This document shows, piece after piece, positions 7,261 to 16,885 of a stretch of DNA of 64,000 bases. The notes under the pieces were generated by a model. It made no database searches and was not told where the DNA came from. It saw only the letters and a list, made by a program, of their open reading frames with translations. This stretch comes from a virus. Numbering within the stretch: the first letter of the stretch is position 1; every line of letters begins with the position of its first letter. A program made the translations under genes and the position numbers. The DNA lies in the IMG/VR virus record IMGVR_UViG_3300045988_175595, positions 101,597 to 165,596 of that record; one strand, written 5' to 3'.

Positions 7261-8382
7261 TTAATTTGCTTTAAAATTATAAATTGGTTTAATTATTTTT
7301 ACAATATCAACTGTATCTTTAATATTGTTTATAATTTCTTCTGAAGGTTTATATGCACCTTTAGATTCGTCTATTGTTGCATTATTACAAGTTGAACTAA
7401 AAATATTATTTTCTTTCATTGCATTAATATCATCTTCAACTTTTAACAATTCTTTAGCTTTAGAACGGCTCAAGATTCTACCTGCACCATGAGGAGCAGA
7501 ATAATTCCAATCTGGATTTCCTTTTCCTATAGCTATTATGCTACCATCTATTCTATTTAATGGTATTATTACTTTTTCTCCTTTTTTTGCAGATATAGCT
7601 CCTTTTCTTAATATTTTATTAGCTAAATCTATATAGTTATGAATTGTTGTAAAATGACTTTCTTCTTCCCAATTCATTTTATTGATTATAGTATCTGCAA
7701 TAGCCTCTCTATTAAATTGAGCATAAGCTTGTGCTATACCCATATCGTAAAGATAATTTTTTAAATTATCTCCTTGTAAATAGCATAAGGCTTTTGGAAC
7801 TTTATTTATTTTCGGATCATCATTTATTTCTTTAATAGCTAAATTTTGATAATATTCAGCTATTTGTTTTCCTAAACAACTTGATCCAGAATGTATAACT
7901 AAATATATATTATTTTCTGAATCTTTGTTCATTTCTATAAAATGATTTCCTCTACCTAATACACCTATAGATTTTTTTGCTATGTCTATATTTATATTAG
8001 ATTTACATTTTAATAGAGATAAATCTACATATTTATTATATGGATGTTCTTTATCTCTTATATTGGTTCCGTTAGGGATATATTGTTTTATACATTCATC
8101 TACTTTCTGTAAATCAATGTCCTCTAGTTTTTGTTTTAATTTTACTACAAACATTCCACAACCTATATCACTTCCAACTAAATTAGGAGTAACTTTGTCA
8201 TCGATTGTCATTGTAGTTCCTATTGTACACCCCGCGCCTGCATGTGTGTCTGGCATAATCTTTATAACAGAATTTTTATATGCCTCTTGATTACACAATT
8301 CAATAATTTGTGATATTGCCTCTTGGTCTATATCAAATGTATAAACTAAAGCAGTATTATATTGTCCTTGTAAAGGTATCAT
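7261..8382 (-). CDS. rtcB: RNA 3'-phosphate/5'-OH ligase RtcB (compact 373-aa form)
   Basis: Motifs MPDTHAGAGCTIGTT, GRGNHFIE and HSGS match the RtcB metal- and GTP-binding signatures. Confidence 0.8.
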   Translation of the reverse strand: MIPLQGQYNTALVYTFDIDQEAISQIIELCNQEAYKNSVIKIMPDTHAGAGCTIGTTMTIDDKVTPNLVGSDIGCGMFVVKLKQKLEDIDLQKVDECIKQYIPNGTNIRDKEHPYNKYVDLSLLKCKSNINIDIAKKSIGVLGRGNHFIEMNKDSENNIYLVIHSGSSCLGKQIAEYYQNLAIKEINDDPKINKVPKALCYLQGDNLKNYLYDMGIAQAYAQFNREAIADTIINKMNWEEESHFTTIHNYIDLANKILRKGAISAKKGEKVIIPLNRIDGSIIAIGKGNPDWNYSAPHGAGRILSRSKAKELLKVEDDINAMKENNIFSSTCNNATIDESKGAYKPSEEIINNIKDTVDIVKIIKPIYNFKAN

Positions 8383-8424
8383 TTAATAACACCTCTTTCT
8401 ATTTTTTATTTCATTTATAAGCTA

Positions 8425-8715
8425 TTAAAGAGTAACATCTTTCATTACTTCTCTAAATAATTTTATTTTCTTTTGAAAAACATCTAATTTATATAATTCT
8501 CCACCATAGCTAGTAGATGAAGTAATCATAAATTCTTGAGAACGTGGCCTATATATTAAATTAATTCCTTCTTGAATTACAATTTCTTCATATACGCCAT
8601 TTTTATCATATTTTTTTCTTGATAATTTTCCTAATGTAACATCATTATCAATAAATTTTGCTTTAATTACCTTAAGGTAACTTCGCCATTCTGATTCATT
8701 ATTTATACTTATCAT
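8425..8715 (-). CDS. Hypothetical protein
   Basis: 96-aa ORF in the track with no recognisable motif. Confidence 0.4.
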   Translation of the reverse strand: MISINNESEWRSYLKVIKAKFIDNDVTLGKLSRKKYDKNGVYEEIVIQEGINLIYRPRSQEFMITSSTSYGGELYKLDVFQKKIKLFREVMKDVTL

Positions 8716-8856
8716 AAATAACTTCTCCTTAAGTAAATATTAAAACTATATTAAAATTTACTTTATATATTTTATTATTATTTTTATTATATATTAATCT
8801 TATTTTTTGCAATTTAATAATACGCTATGATTATCTTTTATTGCTATATTATATTG

Positions 8857-8888
8857 TAAACAAGGATTAAGTATCCTCAAGTTTATCC
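8857..8888. promoter_or_regulatory. Copy a of a conserved ~35-bp dyad promoter/operator-like element (minus-strand AAACTTGAGG-N19-AATATAAT)
   Basis: Plus-strand sequence taaacaaggattaagtatcctcaagtttatcc. On the minus strand TTGAGG is followed 19 bp later by AATATAAT. Confidence 0.4.
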
Positions 8889-8977
8889 AAAAAATTTATT
8901 TTTAAATTCAATTAAGTTTATAATCCTTGTTACACTATGAACTTAGATTATTTATATATTATTTTTTATTAGCTATT

Positions 8978-9016
8978 AAACTTGAATTAAGGAATTAGTT
9001 CCCCTCAAGTTTAATC
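8978..9016. promoter_or_regulatory. Copy b of the same dyad element
   Basis: Plus-strand sequence aaacttgaattaaggaattagttcccctcaagtttaatc. Confidence 0.35.
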
Positions 9017-9168
9017 ATATAAAACCTATAAAGTAATTTTAATTATTTTCATTATTGTCTAAAAAATCTTGATATTTTATTTTTAATTTATCAATATCAA
9101 AATTTTCTAATATATTTATCATTGTGTCAATTTCTTTTTCTTCTTGATGCAAAAATAATTCTATTATA

Positions 9169-9531
9169 TTATAATCCATGAGTTGTTTGTTCTATTTTTC
9201 CTGTTGTAGGATTTCTAGAAAAAGTGTCTCCATATAAATTTGTAAATTCAACCATATCATTAGTAATTAATGGTCCTGACGGAAAATCTCCTGGACCTTC
9301 TATTGGAAAAATATTTGGACCAAATACTCTTTCCTTTGATTCTAATTTTGCTACTCTTATTTCTAATTCTTCGATCTTTTTTTTTAAATGTTCTATTATA
9401 GAACTTTGATCTTCTTTTTTATTCTTTTTTTCTTTAAATTTGATTGATTGATAACATATTGTATTATCTCTACAATCAAAACACATACCTTTACATCTTA
9501 TTCCTTGGTTATATTGTTCTTCGGAAATCAT
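9169..9531 (-). CDS. Hypothetical Cys-containing protein
   Basis: 120-aa ORF with CKGMCFDCRDNTIC near the N-terminus. Confidence 0.4.
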   Translation of the reverse strand: MISEEQYNQGIRCKGMCFDCRDNTICYQSIKFKEKKNKKEDQSSIIEHLKKKIEELEIRVAKLESKERVFGPNIFPIEGPGDFPSGPLITNDMVEFTNLYGDTFSRNPTTGKIEQTTHGL

Positions 9532-9890
9532 TTTTGTCTCCTATTTTGCCAAGTTCTAAAATTTTGGATTTTAGATAATAAATCTTTTGCTTTTCCATCA
9601 AAACAAATAGTTCTATCATCAATATTTAATAAAGCTGGCTGTTTTTCTTTACAAACATTATCAACAACTATATTATATTTATCTAGCCATTGTTTAATAG
9701 CTTGTATACCTTCTTCTGTAGAACATCTTGAAGATACAATTACTACAGAATAGCCTGCATTTCTTATTTCTTCTATTGCTTCTTGTATACCTTCTACTGG
9801 CGGATCAGGTATATTTGTAATTCCCTTCCAACCAGAAGTATAACTATGAATAACTCCATCAAAGTCAAATTGAATTATTTTTTGTGCCAT
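9528..9890 (-). CDS. Small HAD-superfamily hydrolase/phosphatase
   Basis: HAD motif I FDFDGVIHSY near the N-terminus. It overlaps the upstream ORF by 4 nt. Confidence 0.5.
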   Translation of the reverse strand: MAQKIIQFDFDGVIHSYTSGWKGITNIPDPPVEGIQEAIEEIRNAGYSVVIVSSRCSTEEGIQAIKQWLDKYNIVVDNVCKEKQPALLNIDDRTICFDGKAKDLLSKIQNFRTWQNRRQK

Positions 9891-10139
9891 AATATATCCT
9901 TTCTTTATATATATTCTATACTTGTCACCAAGGGGTTATTGTTTTTAAAAAGAAATATAACTCTTCTATTAATGACAATATTATAAATGCAAAATAATAA
10001 TGTTCAGTAGTAAAAGAAGTATTAAATATTTTATTAATAATATTTAATATAAAAATATTAAAGTTAAAAATTGTTAAAAAATAAGCAAATAGTAAATTTA
10101 CTAAAACATTTAAAACAATATCCATAATCTTTCCGTTAC

Positions 10140-10292
10140 TGAAAACTTATAAAAAGTTATAAAATAAACTTTTACGTTTCATTCTTGATTCAACGTGACC
10201 TATTTCACTATATAAGCTACTCTAGTTTGGTATATCACTCCACAAGCGTAAATTCCCGACTAACTATCGGTACATATCTATAATTGCTTTCA
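10140..10292 (-). ncRNA. Candidate TnpB-associated omega RNA (reRNA) / IS right end
   Basis: This segment is locally GC-richer than its surroundings (ttgattcaacgtgacctatttcactatataagctactctagtttggtatatcactccacaagcgtaaattcccgactaactatcggtac). It is placed where TnpB guide RNAs are normally encoded. Confidence 0.4.
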
Positions 10293-11465
10293 TTATGCTA
10301 CATTATAGATTGCTGAATCTTTTAAATTTAATGATGCTTGATAATCTCTATCTATTATATTTCCACATTCTGGACAAATATAAATTCTATCACTAAGTTT
10401 CAAATCTTTTTTAATAGAACCACATTCATGACATAACTTGCTTGAAGGGAAATATCTATCAACAATTCTTAATTCTATATTATTCCATTTACACTTATAT
10501 TCTAATTGTCTGCGAAATTCATATAATTTCTGTTGTTGAATAGCTTTAGATATATGCTTATTTTTTATCATACCACTTATATTTAAATCTTCTATTGTAA
10601 TAAACATTGGTTTTCTGTTTACTATTTCAGAAGTTACTTCATGTAAATAATTATCTCTAATGTTAGTTAGTCTATGATTTAATTTTAAAAGTCTTTTTTC
10701 ACTTTTTACAATATTACTTGTTTTGCAGTAACTATCTCCTTTCTTATTTATTAGATATTTTTTAGATATCTTACGTTGTAACCTACGTTTTCTTTTCTCT
10801 AATTTTCTTATCCTTTGTGTTTTATTTATATTATTATAAATATTTCCATCAGAACATATTGCTAAATCTTTAACACCTAAATCTATTCCTATTCCTTCAT
10901 TTGTAGGTATTTCTATATTATCTTCATATTCAATACCAACACATATAAACCAATTAACTCCGTCATAAACCACATGAGGATTTATATATTTACAATTAGT
11001 AGGTATTTTATTCTTTTCTGATAATTTAACCCAATTTAATTTAGCTTTATTTTTCTTTTTACTTGTTGCAATATTCTCTAATTTAACATGAGTATCAGTA
11101 AATTTAATTTTTATATTATCTACATAAAAACTAGGTCTGTCTAACTTTTTTGATTTAAATTTAGGAAATTTAGATTGTCCTTTAAAGAATCTTTTATAAC
11201 TCATACAAGCATCTTTAATAGCCTGTTTAGTTACATTATTACTTATAGAATATAGCCACTTATATTCTTCTTGTTTTTTTAATTTAGTAAATTCTTTTCT
11301 TAACTCATAGTCAGAAATAAATTTACCACCATTTTTATAATTTTCTTGTTGTCTAGCTATTGTCCAATTATAAGCAAATCTTTTTACTCCACAAAACTGA
11401 AACATCTTTGTCTGTTGTTTATTATTAGGCTTTAACTTAATCTTTAATGTTTTTATCATCCTCAA
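10293..11465 (-). CDS. tnpB: TnpB (IS605 OrfB-family RuvC-like nuclease with C-terminal zinc finger)
   Basis: GIDLGVKDLAICSDG RuvC-I-like motif and CHECGS...CPECG zinc finger. Confidence 0.75.
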   Translation of the reverse strand: MRMIKTLKIKLKPNNKQQTKMFQFCGVKRFAYNWTIARQQENYKNGGKFISDYELRKEFTKLKKQEEYKWLYSISNNVTKQAIKDACMSYKRFFKGQSKFPKFKSKKLDRPSFYVDNIKIKFTDTHVKLENIATSKKKNKAKLNWVKLSEKNKIPTNCKYINPHVVYDGVNWFICVGIEYEDNIEIPTNEGIGIDLGVKDLAICSDGNIYNNINKTQRIRKLEKRKRRLQRKISKKYLINKKGDSYCKTSNIVKSEKRLLKLNHRLTNIRDNYLHEVTSEIVNRKPMFITIEDLNISGMIKNKHISKAIQQQKLYEFRRQLEYKCKWNNIELRIVDRYFPSSKLCHECGSIKKDLKLSDRIYICPECGNIIDRDYQASLNLKDSAIYNVA

Positions 11466-11907
11466 TCAACTCCTTTACCATTTTTCTAGTTTTATTCGCA
11501 CGTTTTCCTTGTAATTTACAACTAAACACAGTAATTATTTGAACTAAATCTTCCACTAATTCTTGTTGCTCTGATTTTTTAGTGGTATCAACTATTTCTA
11601 TTTCACAATTATAAAGACTTGCTATATATTCAACTAACTCAAATCCAAATCTTAATAATCTATCTTTATATAATACGACTATTTTTTCTACTTTATTTTG
11701 AGTTATTAATCTAATTAATTGTCTCAATCCTTTCTTTTTATAATTAATACCACTACCTATATCTGATATTATTTCAAAGGGTTTACCTTGTGACAATAAA
11801 TACATTCTCATATTTTCAATTTGTCTTTCTAAGTCATCTTTTTGTTTATGAGAACTAACTCTACAATATCCTATTATTTTTTTATCTAATATTGGATTTA
11901 AATTCAT
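11437..11907 (-). CDS. tnpA: IS607-type serine recombinase TnpA
   Basis: The resolvase catalytic region YCRVSSHKQKDDLERQ, with a 156-aa length, is typical of IS607 TnpA. Confidence 0.7.
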   Translation of the reverse strand: MNLNPILDKKIIGYCRVSSHKQKDDLERQIENMRMYLLSQGKPFEIISDIGSGINYKKKGLRQLIRLITQNKVEKIVVLYKDRLLRFGFELVEYIASLYNCEIEIVDTTKKSEQQELVEDLVQIITVFSCKLQGKRANKTRKMVKELIEDDKNIKD

Positions 11908-11969
11908 AACTTGATTTAATTGTTCATGTGAATAATATCTATATCCATTAGTTGAAGTATGATGAGGCT

Positions 11970-12254
11970 TTAATTAGTTCTTTTTATTTTCATTATATAT
12001 TCTCTATCATCATCATCTTTAAAATATAAAGCATCTTTAAAAGAAGTAAATTTATTATCTGCATATTTTTTTAATAATAATAACATTCTTACTCCTTGTG
12101 CTATATATTTTGGTTTATTTGATGTTAAGTTCTTTTGACCAACAAAATAATAGAAATTATATAAAGAATATAAATTAATTTTTGCTATTTCTTCTCTTTT
12201 TTCAAATAAGCTATTAATAAGAAGTTTTGATCTTTCATTTAATAGCTTATTCAT
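11970..12254 (-). CDS. Hypothetical protein; the frame stays open upstream, so it may be a fragment of a gene disrupted near the IS
   Basis: 94-aa ORF. The same reading frame remains open for at least about 16 codons upstream of the annotated Met. Confidence 0.3.
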   Translation of the reverse strand: MNKLLNERSKLLINSLFEKREEIAKINLYSLYNFYYFVGQKNLTSNKPKYIAQGVRMLLLLKKYADNKFTSFKDALYFKDDDDREYIMKIKRTN

Positions 12255-12572
12255 TTTAATATCATTAGAAAATAAAATCTGAATAGCAGATCCATTACCT
12301 TTTACAATTAAATTAATTAATTTTCTTATATCAGATACTTCTGTATCTACTAATATTGTAATATTTTCTTTACTATATTGTCTTTTAAAATATAAATCAT
12401 TAAAAGAAGGACATAAAAAAACTCTTTATATCTACATTAGATTGTTCATCATTTAAATTATATAAATGAGAACCTATAGATACAGAAAATAATTCTAATC
12501 TATCTTGATTTTCTTTATTTGTATCAATTATATTTTTAATGCAACTATTGCATAACATATATATTTCTCCTT

Positions 12573-13052
12573 TTAATTTTCTATAGGAACATAAATATGA
12601 TATTTAAAATCAATAGGAAGATTATCTTCTACTATTTTACTTTCTTGTTTACTATTACAGTAAATTTTACAAGAAAGAACTTTTTCCATCTTAGTATTAT
12701 ATTCTATAGAAGTTTTTACAGGTAAATTAAGTTCTCTAATTTCATCAGCAAACGTTTTCCCTTCATTAAGAGGAGCAGTAATTTCAAAGATATATAATTT
12801 ATCTCTTTCAGATTTCTTTATAATTATACCTGGTATATATGTACCTAAAAATGTTGCTATACACATAGATATAATACTATATAAAGAATTATCTTTTGTT
12901 AATTGAACTACTCCTAATAAATAAAAGAATGTAGATAAGGCATTAAAAATGCCCCCAATAAAAAATTTTTCTTTTTGTAAATATATTGTTTTACAAGTAC
13001 TAAGGGCATTATCTAATGCTTTTAATGTAAATGCTATTAATATTCTTAACAT
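12573..13052 (-). CDS. UPF0316/DUF2179-like membrane protein
   Basis: An N-terminal MLRIL start with two transmembrane segments and a soluble C-terminal domain resembles the YebE/UPF0316 family. Confidence 0.4.
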   Translation of the reverse strand: MLRILIAFTLKALDNALSTCKTIYLQKEKFFIGGIFNALSTFFYLLGVVQLTKDNSLYSIISMCIATFLGTYIPGIIIKKSERDKLYIFEITAPLNEGKTFADEIRELNLPVKTSIEYNTKMEKVLSCKIYCNSKQESKIVEDNLPIDFKYHIYVPIEN

Positions 13053-13055
13053 TAA

Positions 13056-14837
13056 TTATACAACTGTTTTATCTGATTCAACTGAGTTTAATTCAATAAT
13101 ATCATTAAGATATTTTAACTTAATTCCTGTATTCTTAGATAAAGCCATAGAATAAGCTAATCTAATTGTATTCTTTATAACTCTACCGTTTATTTCATGT
13201 TTTGCTAACATAGGAATATTATTATATACTTCTTCTTCTATTCCTACTTTATTTGTACATTTTGCCTTGTTTAATATACTTTCCCATATATTAGCTCTTA
13301 CATCAGCTGTTAAACTAGCATATTCAATTGCTGATGTACATCTAGAGATAAAGGCTTCGTCTAGATTATCTTTAAGATTAGTAGTCATGAACATTATTCC
13401 ATTATATCTTTCTAATAATCTTAAGAATATAGCTGTCATTGCATTTCTTTCTAGATTCATATTATCTCTTCTAGTAACGAATGCATCTACTTCATCAAAT
13501 AAAACTACTGCATCCCATGCTGTAGCTATTTTCATTACTTGACTTAAGTTTTCTTCAAGTTGTCTTGGTTGAGTTCCTAATTCTCCTACAGATACAAAAT
13601 ATAAAGGTTTCTTTAAATATTCTGCAACTGATTCTGCTGTCATGGTTTTTCCACAACCAGCTGGTCCATATAATAAGAAGATCTTTCCTTCTCCTTTTCC
13701 AGCAATACTATCTAATGAAGGCATTTCATTAGTAAGTGCAGCAATAATAATATCTTTATAGCTATCCTTTATCTTTAATTCATTAAATGATTGTGAAGCA
13801 AATACAATATCGTTAACATTTTCTATTGACATCTTACACCATTCCTTGTTATTGAATGAGAATCCATAAACTACTGGAGAACATTGCCAATAATTATTTT
13901 CATCTAATGATATTCCTTTATTTTCTTCTGAGAAATCTATTCCATCATACCAATCATCATCAAGACTAGGATTCATTTCTCGGAAATTAGTTATATCTAT
14001 CATAACTCTTCCATTTATATTTGTTCTGTCGTTAGAGAAAAATCCAAATGTGTATGCAAATCCATCATAATATGAATATGTTGTATCTACATATTTCAAG
14101 TATTTCTTTCCTCTTTCAGTATATTTTTGAATGCTATCTTCAGTTAATTCTTCTACGTTAACCAAATCATTTAATTCAAGAATTTCTTCTATTACAGGTA
14201 CTTTAACATAAATATTATGTTTTAGAAATACATTTCCATTAAATGAAATTATTTCTAGACAAAGAGAAAGACTTTCACCGAAGAAAGATCTAGAATAGTT
14301 AATACTTTTTAATGTTCCAGCATAAGTATTATTTTCAGAATCTTTTACTGCAACTTTTTTATTTGGTCTTAATTTATTATATACATAAGTAAACAATGGA
14401 AGTCTTAATGGCTTTTCTAATTCATCTATATTCTTTATATTATTTAAAATATAGCTTAAATAACTATTAAGAATATAGCAAATAAAATCATTTTGATCAT
14501 CTGAGCTTATTGTTGAATCTTCTTCCTCTTTTAATTTTTCTATTATATCTTTAGCTCTAGATGCAAAATGATTTGCATTATTTTGAATAGTTCTTAAAGC
14601 TCTATCTTCTCCATACATTAATTCAAGAGCTTTGTACTCTTTCTTCTCTTTATAATAATATCCAAGAATATCATCTGAATACATACTATATCTTACATCA
14701 TCATCTGGTATCTCAAATATTAAATCTCCTTTATCAAATTTAATAGAGAAACCAGGATGCTCCATATCTTTTATTATTTTAGGAATTTTTAATTTCTCCA
14801 TTATTTCTATTTCATTTTTGTTTAATAAATTACTCAT
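13056..14837 (-). CDS. AAA+ ATPase with a large unknown N-terminal domain
   Basis: Walker A LLYGPAGCGKT, Walker B VLFDEVDAF and the downstream arginine-finger region are present. Confidence 0.7.
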   Translation of the reverse strand: MSNLLNKNEIEIMEKLKIPKIIKDMEHPGFSIKFDKGDLIFEIPDDDVRYSMYSDDILGYYYKEKKEYKALELMYGEDRALRTIQNNANHFASRAKDIIEKLKEEEDSTISSDDQNDFICYILNSYLSYILNNIKNIDELEKPLRLPLFTYVYNKLRPNKKVAVKDSENNTYAGTLKSINYSRSFFGESLSLCLEIISFNGNVFLKHNIYVKVPVIEEILELNDLVNVEELTEDSIQKYTERGKKYLKYVDTTYSYYDGFAYTFGFFSNDRTNINGRVMIDITNFREMNPSLDDDWYDGIDFSEENKGISLDENNYWQCSPVVYGFSFNNKEWCKMSIENVNDIVFASQSFNELKIKDSYKDIIIAALTNEMPSLDSIAGKGEGKIFLLYGPAGCGKTMTAESVAEYLKKPLYFVSVGELGTQPRQLEENLSQVMKIATAWDAVVLFDEVDAFVTRRDNMNLERNAMTAIFLRLLERYNGIMFMTTNLKDNLDEAFISRCTSAIEYASLTADVRANIWESILNKAKCTNKVGIEEEVYNNIPMLAKHEINGRVIKNTIRLAYSMALSKNTGIKLKYLNDIIELNSVESDKTVV

Positions 14838-14858
14838 GTTACATCAACCTTTCCTTTT

Positions 14859-15464
14859 TTATTTGTTTTTAAATTTTTCTACTATGTATAAACTGCTTAA
14901 AGCTGTTTGTGTTCCTATAATATTGTTTTCTATAAAATCAGCTACATCTTCTAACTTTACTTTAATAGCTGACTCTATTATTTCTTTTCCTACTGTATTT
15001 TCATTTGTAAAACTACCAGTAACTTTTGCTAGATAAATACTAACTGCTTCATCCGATATTCCGATGGAATCATATGCTGCACCTAATATTTTTTCTGTAC
15101 TTAAAACTTCTAATCCTGTTTCTTCTGCTAATTCTCTTATAATAGCTTCTTCTATATTTTCTCCTTCTTCTATTAATCCTGCTGGAAAACCATATTCAAA
15201 GCTATTAATAGCAGGTCTATATTCTCTGATAAATAGTAATTCATTACTATCTTCAAAATATGGGGCTATAACTATTCCATTAGATTTAACAGAATAATCT
15301 TGATAACTAGCTCTTAATGCTGCCATATCTTCTGGTTTATTTCTTGTAACCATATAATAACTATTAGTATCTTTACTTGTGCTATCTTTTCTATATTTGA
15401 TTTCACAAAATCTAAGATAGTCATTATTGGAATCCAAGATTTTTACTTCTTCTAATCTTGGCAT
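14859..15464 (-). CDS. NUDIX hydrolase (ADP-ribose / NAD-related pyrophosphatase candidate)
   Basis: Nudix box GFPAGLIEEGENIEEAIIRELAEETGL. Confidence 0.7.
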   Translation of the reverse strand: MPRLEEVKILDSNNDYLRFCEIKYRKDSTSKDTNSYYMVTRNKPEDMAALRASYQDYSVKSNGIVIAPYFEDSNELLFIREYRPAINSFEYGFPAGLIEEGENIEEAIIRELAEETGLEVLSTEKILGAAYDSIGISDEAVSIYLAKVTGSFTNENTVGKEIIESAIKVKLEDVADFIENNIIGTQTALSSLYIVEKFKNK

Positions 15465-15709
15465 TATTCATCATCCTCCTTTACTTTTAAATATATATAT
15501 AAAGTATAAAATTATTAACTATTTATTTGTTTTGTTTTTATTTATATATTTTTAGTACACTATGACAAAAATATATTTCTTATTTATTTAAATTTTTCTT
15601 TTTATATCAACCATCAACTAACTTGTTAATAGCTTATATAAAAAGAAAAAAGAGGCAATATAAGCCTCTTAAATCTTATATTATATTAATATAGATTGTC
15701 AATTTATTT

Positions 15710-16189
15710 TTAGCCTACAGAAACTGATCCTTCTTCAACTTCTTTTACATTTATATCACTATTTAAAATGTTAAAAGTTGCATTAAATCCATCTACTAGA
15801 ATTTGTCCTTCTACAGATATAGGTTTTTCATCTAATTTTTCAGTATTATGTCTTATTATATTATAAATATGACTATACTTTTCTCCTAATGTTCTTGCTA
15901 CTTCAGCAATACTTCTATATCTATGTATTTCTGGATTTTTTAAATCAATTATTGGAACACCTCTTTTTATTCTGCGTTCTTTTGTTGTAATCGATTTCTT
16001 TTTACCTGTTTCAATTTCTTTTGGTTTTACTTTATTATGTATTTTGTTTTCCTTCTTTTTTAAATCTTTCCTTAATCTTTTTTGTTTTAATTTTTTAGAA
16101 TTCTTCTTTGTCATTTTTTGTTCATACCTCCATAATAAAAAATAAGCTATTAATAGCTTATAATAAGTATTTTTATTTAAAAATGACAA
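15710..16189 (-). CDS. Lys-rich putative DNA-binding protein (HTH-like C-terminal region)
   Basis: A KKxK-rich N-terminal region and GVPIIDLKNPEIHRYRSIAEVARTLGEKYSHIYNII resembling a NUMOD/sigma-region-4-like HTH. The true start may be an internal Met. Confidence 0.35.
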   Translation of the reverse strand: MSFLNKNTYYKLLIAYFLLWRYEQKMTKKNSKKLKQKRLRKDLKKKENKIHNKVKPKEIETGKKKSITTKERRIKRGVPIIDLKNPEIHRYRSIAEVARTLGEKYSHIYNIIRHNTEKLDEKPISVEGQILVDGFNATFNILNSDINVKEVEEGSVSVG

Positions 16190-16207
16190 TCTATATTATT
16201 TTCAACT

Positions 16208-16642
16208 TTATAAATCTTTTACTAATATAGTTTCATTTAATGTTTCTATTTTTTCTATTCCAGCATTAATAATTAATCTACTACATATAGTACAAGGTTT
16301 AGGATTTAATATTTCTTCATTTTTTTCTTTATCAAATCCATATAAATATAATGTACTTCCTATCATATCTTTTCTTGATGCAGATATTATTGCATTCATT
16401 TCTGCATGAACAGAAGCACAAAGTTCATATTTTTCGCCACTTGGTACATTAAGTCTTTGTCTTTCACATTGACCTATATCATTACAATTTATTCTACCTC
16501 GAGGCGAACCTGTATAACCTGTTGCTATTATTTCATCATTTTTTACAATAATAGCTCCATAATTTCTTCTTAAACATGTTCCTCTTTGAGAAACTGCTTT
16601 TGCTATATTTAAATAATATTCTTTTTTATCGATTCTACTCAT
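16208..16642 (-). CDS. dCMP deaminase (cytidine/deoxycytidylate deaminase zinc-binding family)
   Basis: HAEMNAI and PCTICSRLI zinc-ligand motifs. Confidence 0.75.
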   Translation of the reverse strand: MSRIDKKEYYLNIAKAVSQRGTCLRRNYGAIIVKNDEIIATGYTGSPRGRINCNDIGQCERQRLNVPSGEKYELCASVHAEMNAIISASRKDMIGSTLYLYGFDKEKNEEILNPKPCTICSRLIINAGIEKIETLNETILVKDL

Positions 16643-16664
16643 TAGTAGTAAGCTCCTTATATTA

Positions 16665-16696
16665 TTGATTTAAGACATTAAGTTGCCTCAAGTTTA
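16665..16696. promoter_or_regulatory. Copy c of the dyad promoter/operator-like element, 20-60 nt upstream of the dCMP deaminase start
   Basis: Plus-strand sequence ttgatttaagacattaagttgcctcaagttta. The minus strand reads CTTGAGG-N19-AATAATAT-aaggag-ATG. Confidence 0.45.
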
Positions 16697-16867
16697 CTTA
16701 TCTATAACAAGTTCTAATAATCCATAACCTGTATGGTCTAAAACTACTAAGCTTTTTTCGTCTTTTATAGTGATATCACAAGAACCAAATTTTTTTAATG
16801 TTTCTGCTACTTCTTCTGCTGTTTTATCACTATAATCAACAGTTTTCATCAATGTAACATTATTCAT
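16694..16867 (-). CDS. Small hypothetical protein (57 aa)
   Basis: Hand-translated MNNVTLMKTVDYSDKTAEEVAETLKKFGSCDITIKDEKSLVVLDHTGYGLLELVIDK, flanked by two copies of the dyad element. Confidence 0.35.
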   Translation of the reverse strand: MNNVTLMKTVDYSDKTAEEVAETLKKFGSCDITIKDEKSLVVLDHTGYGLLELVIDK

Positions 16868-16885
16868 ATTTATTCCTTTTTATTA

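Larger units (their letters stand above)
10140..11970 (-). mobile_element. IS607-family insertion sequence (serine-recombinase TnpA + TnpB) with a putative right-end omega/reRNA region
   Basis: tnpA (11437-11907) and tnpB (10293-11465) overlap. A GC-richer structured segment (10140-10292) lies immediately 3' of tnpB. Confidence 0.6.

Noticed and set aside
9925-10125. 66-aa minus-strand ORF between the HAD gene and the IS element
   Set aside because: It is hydrophobic and low-complexity and sits in a spacer next to the IS right end with no RBS, so it is likely noncoding.
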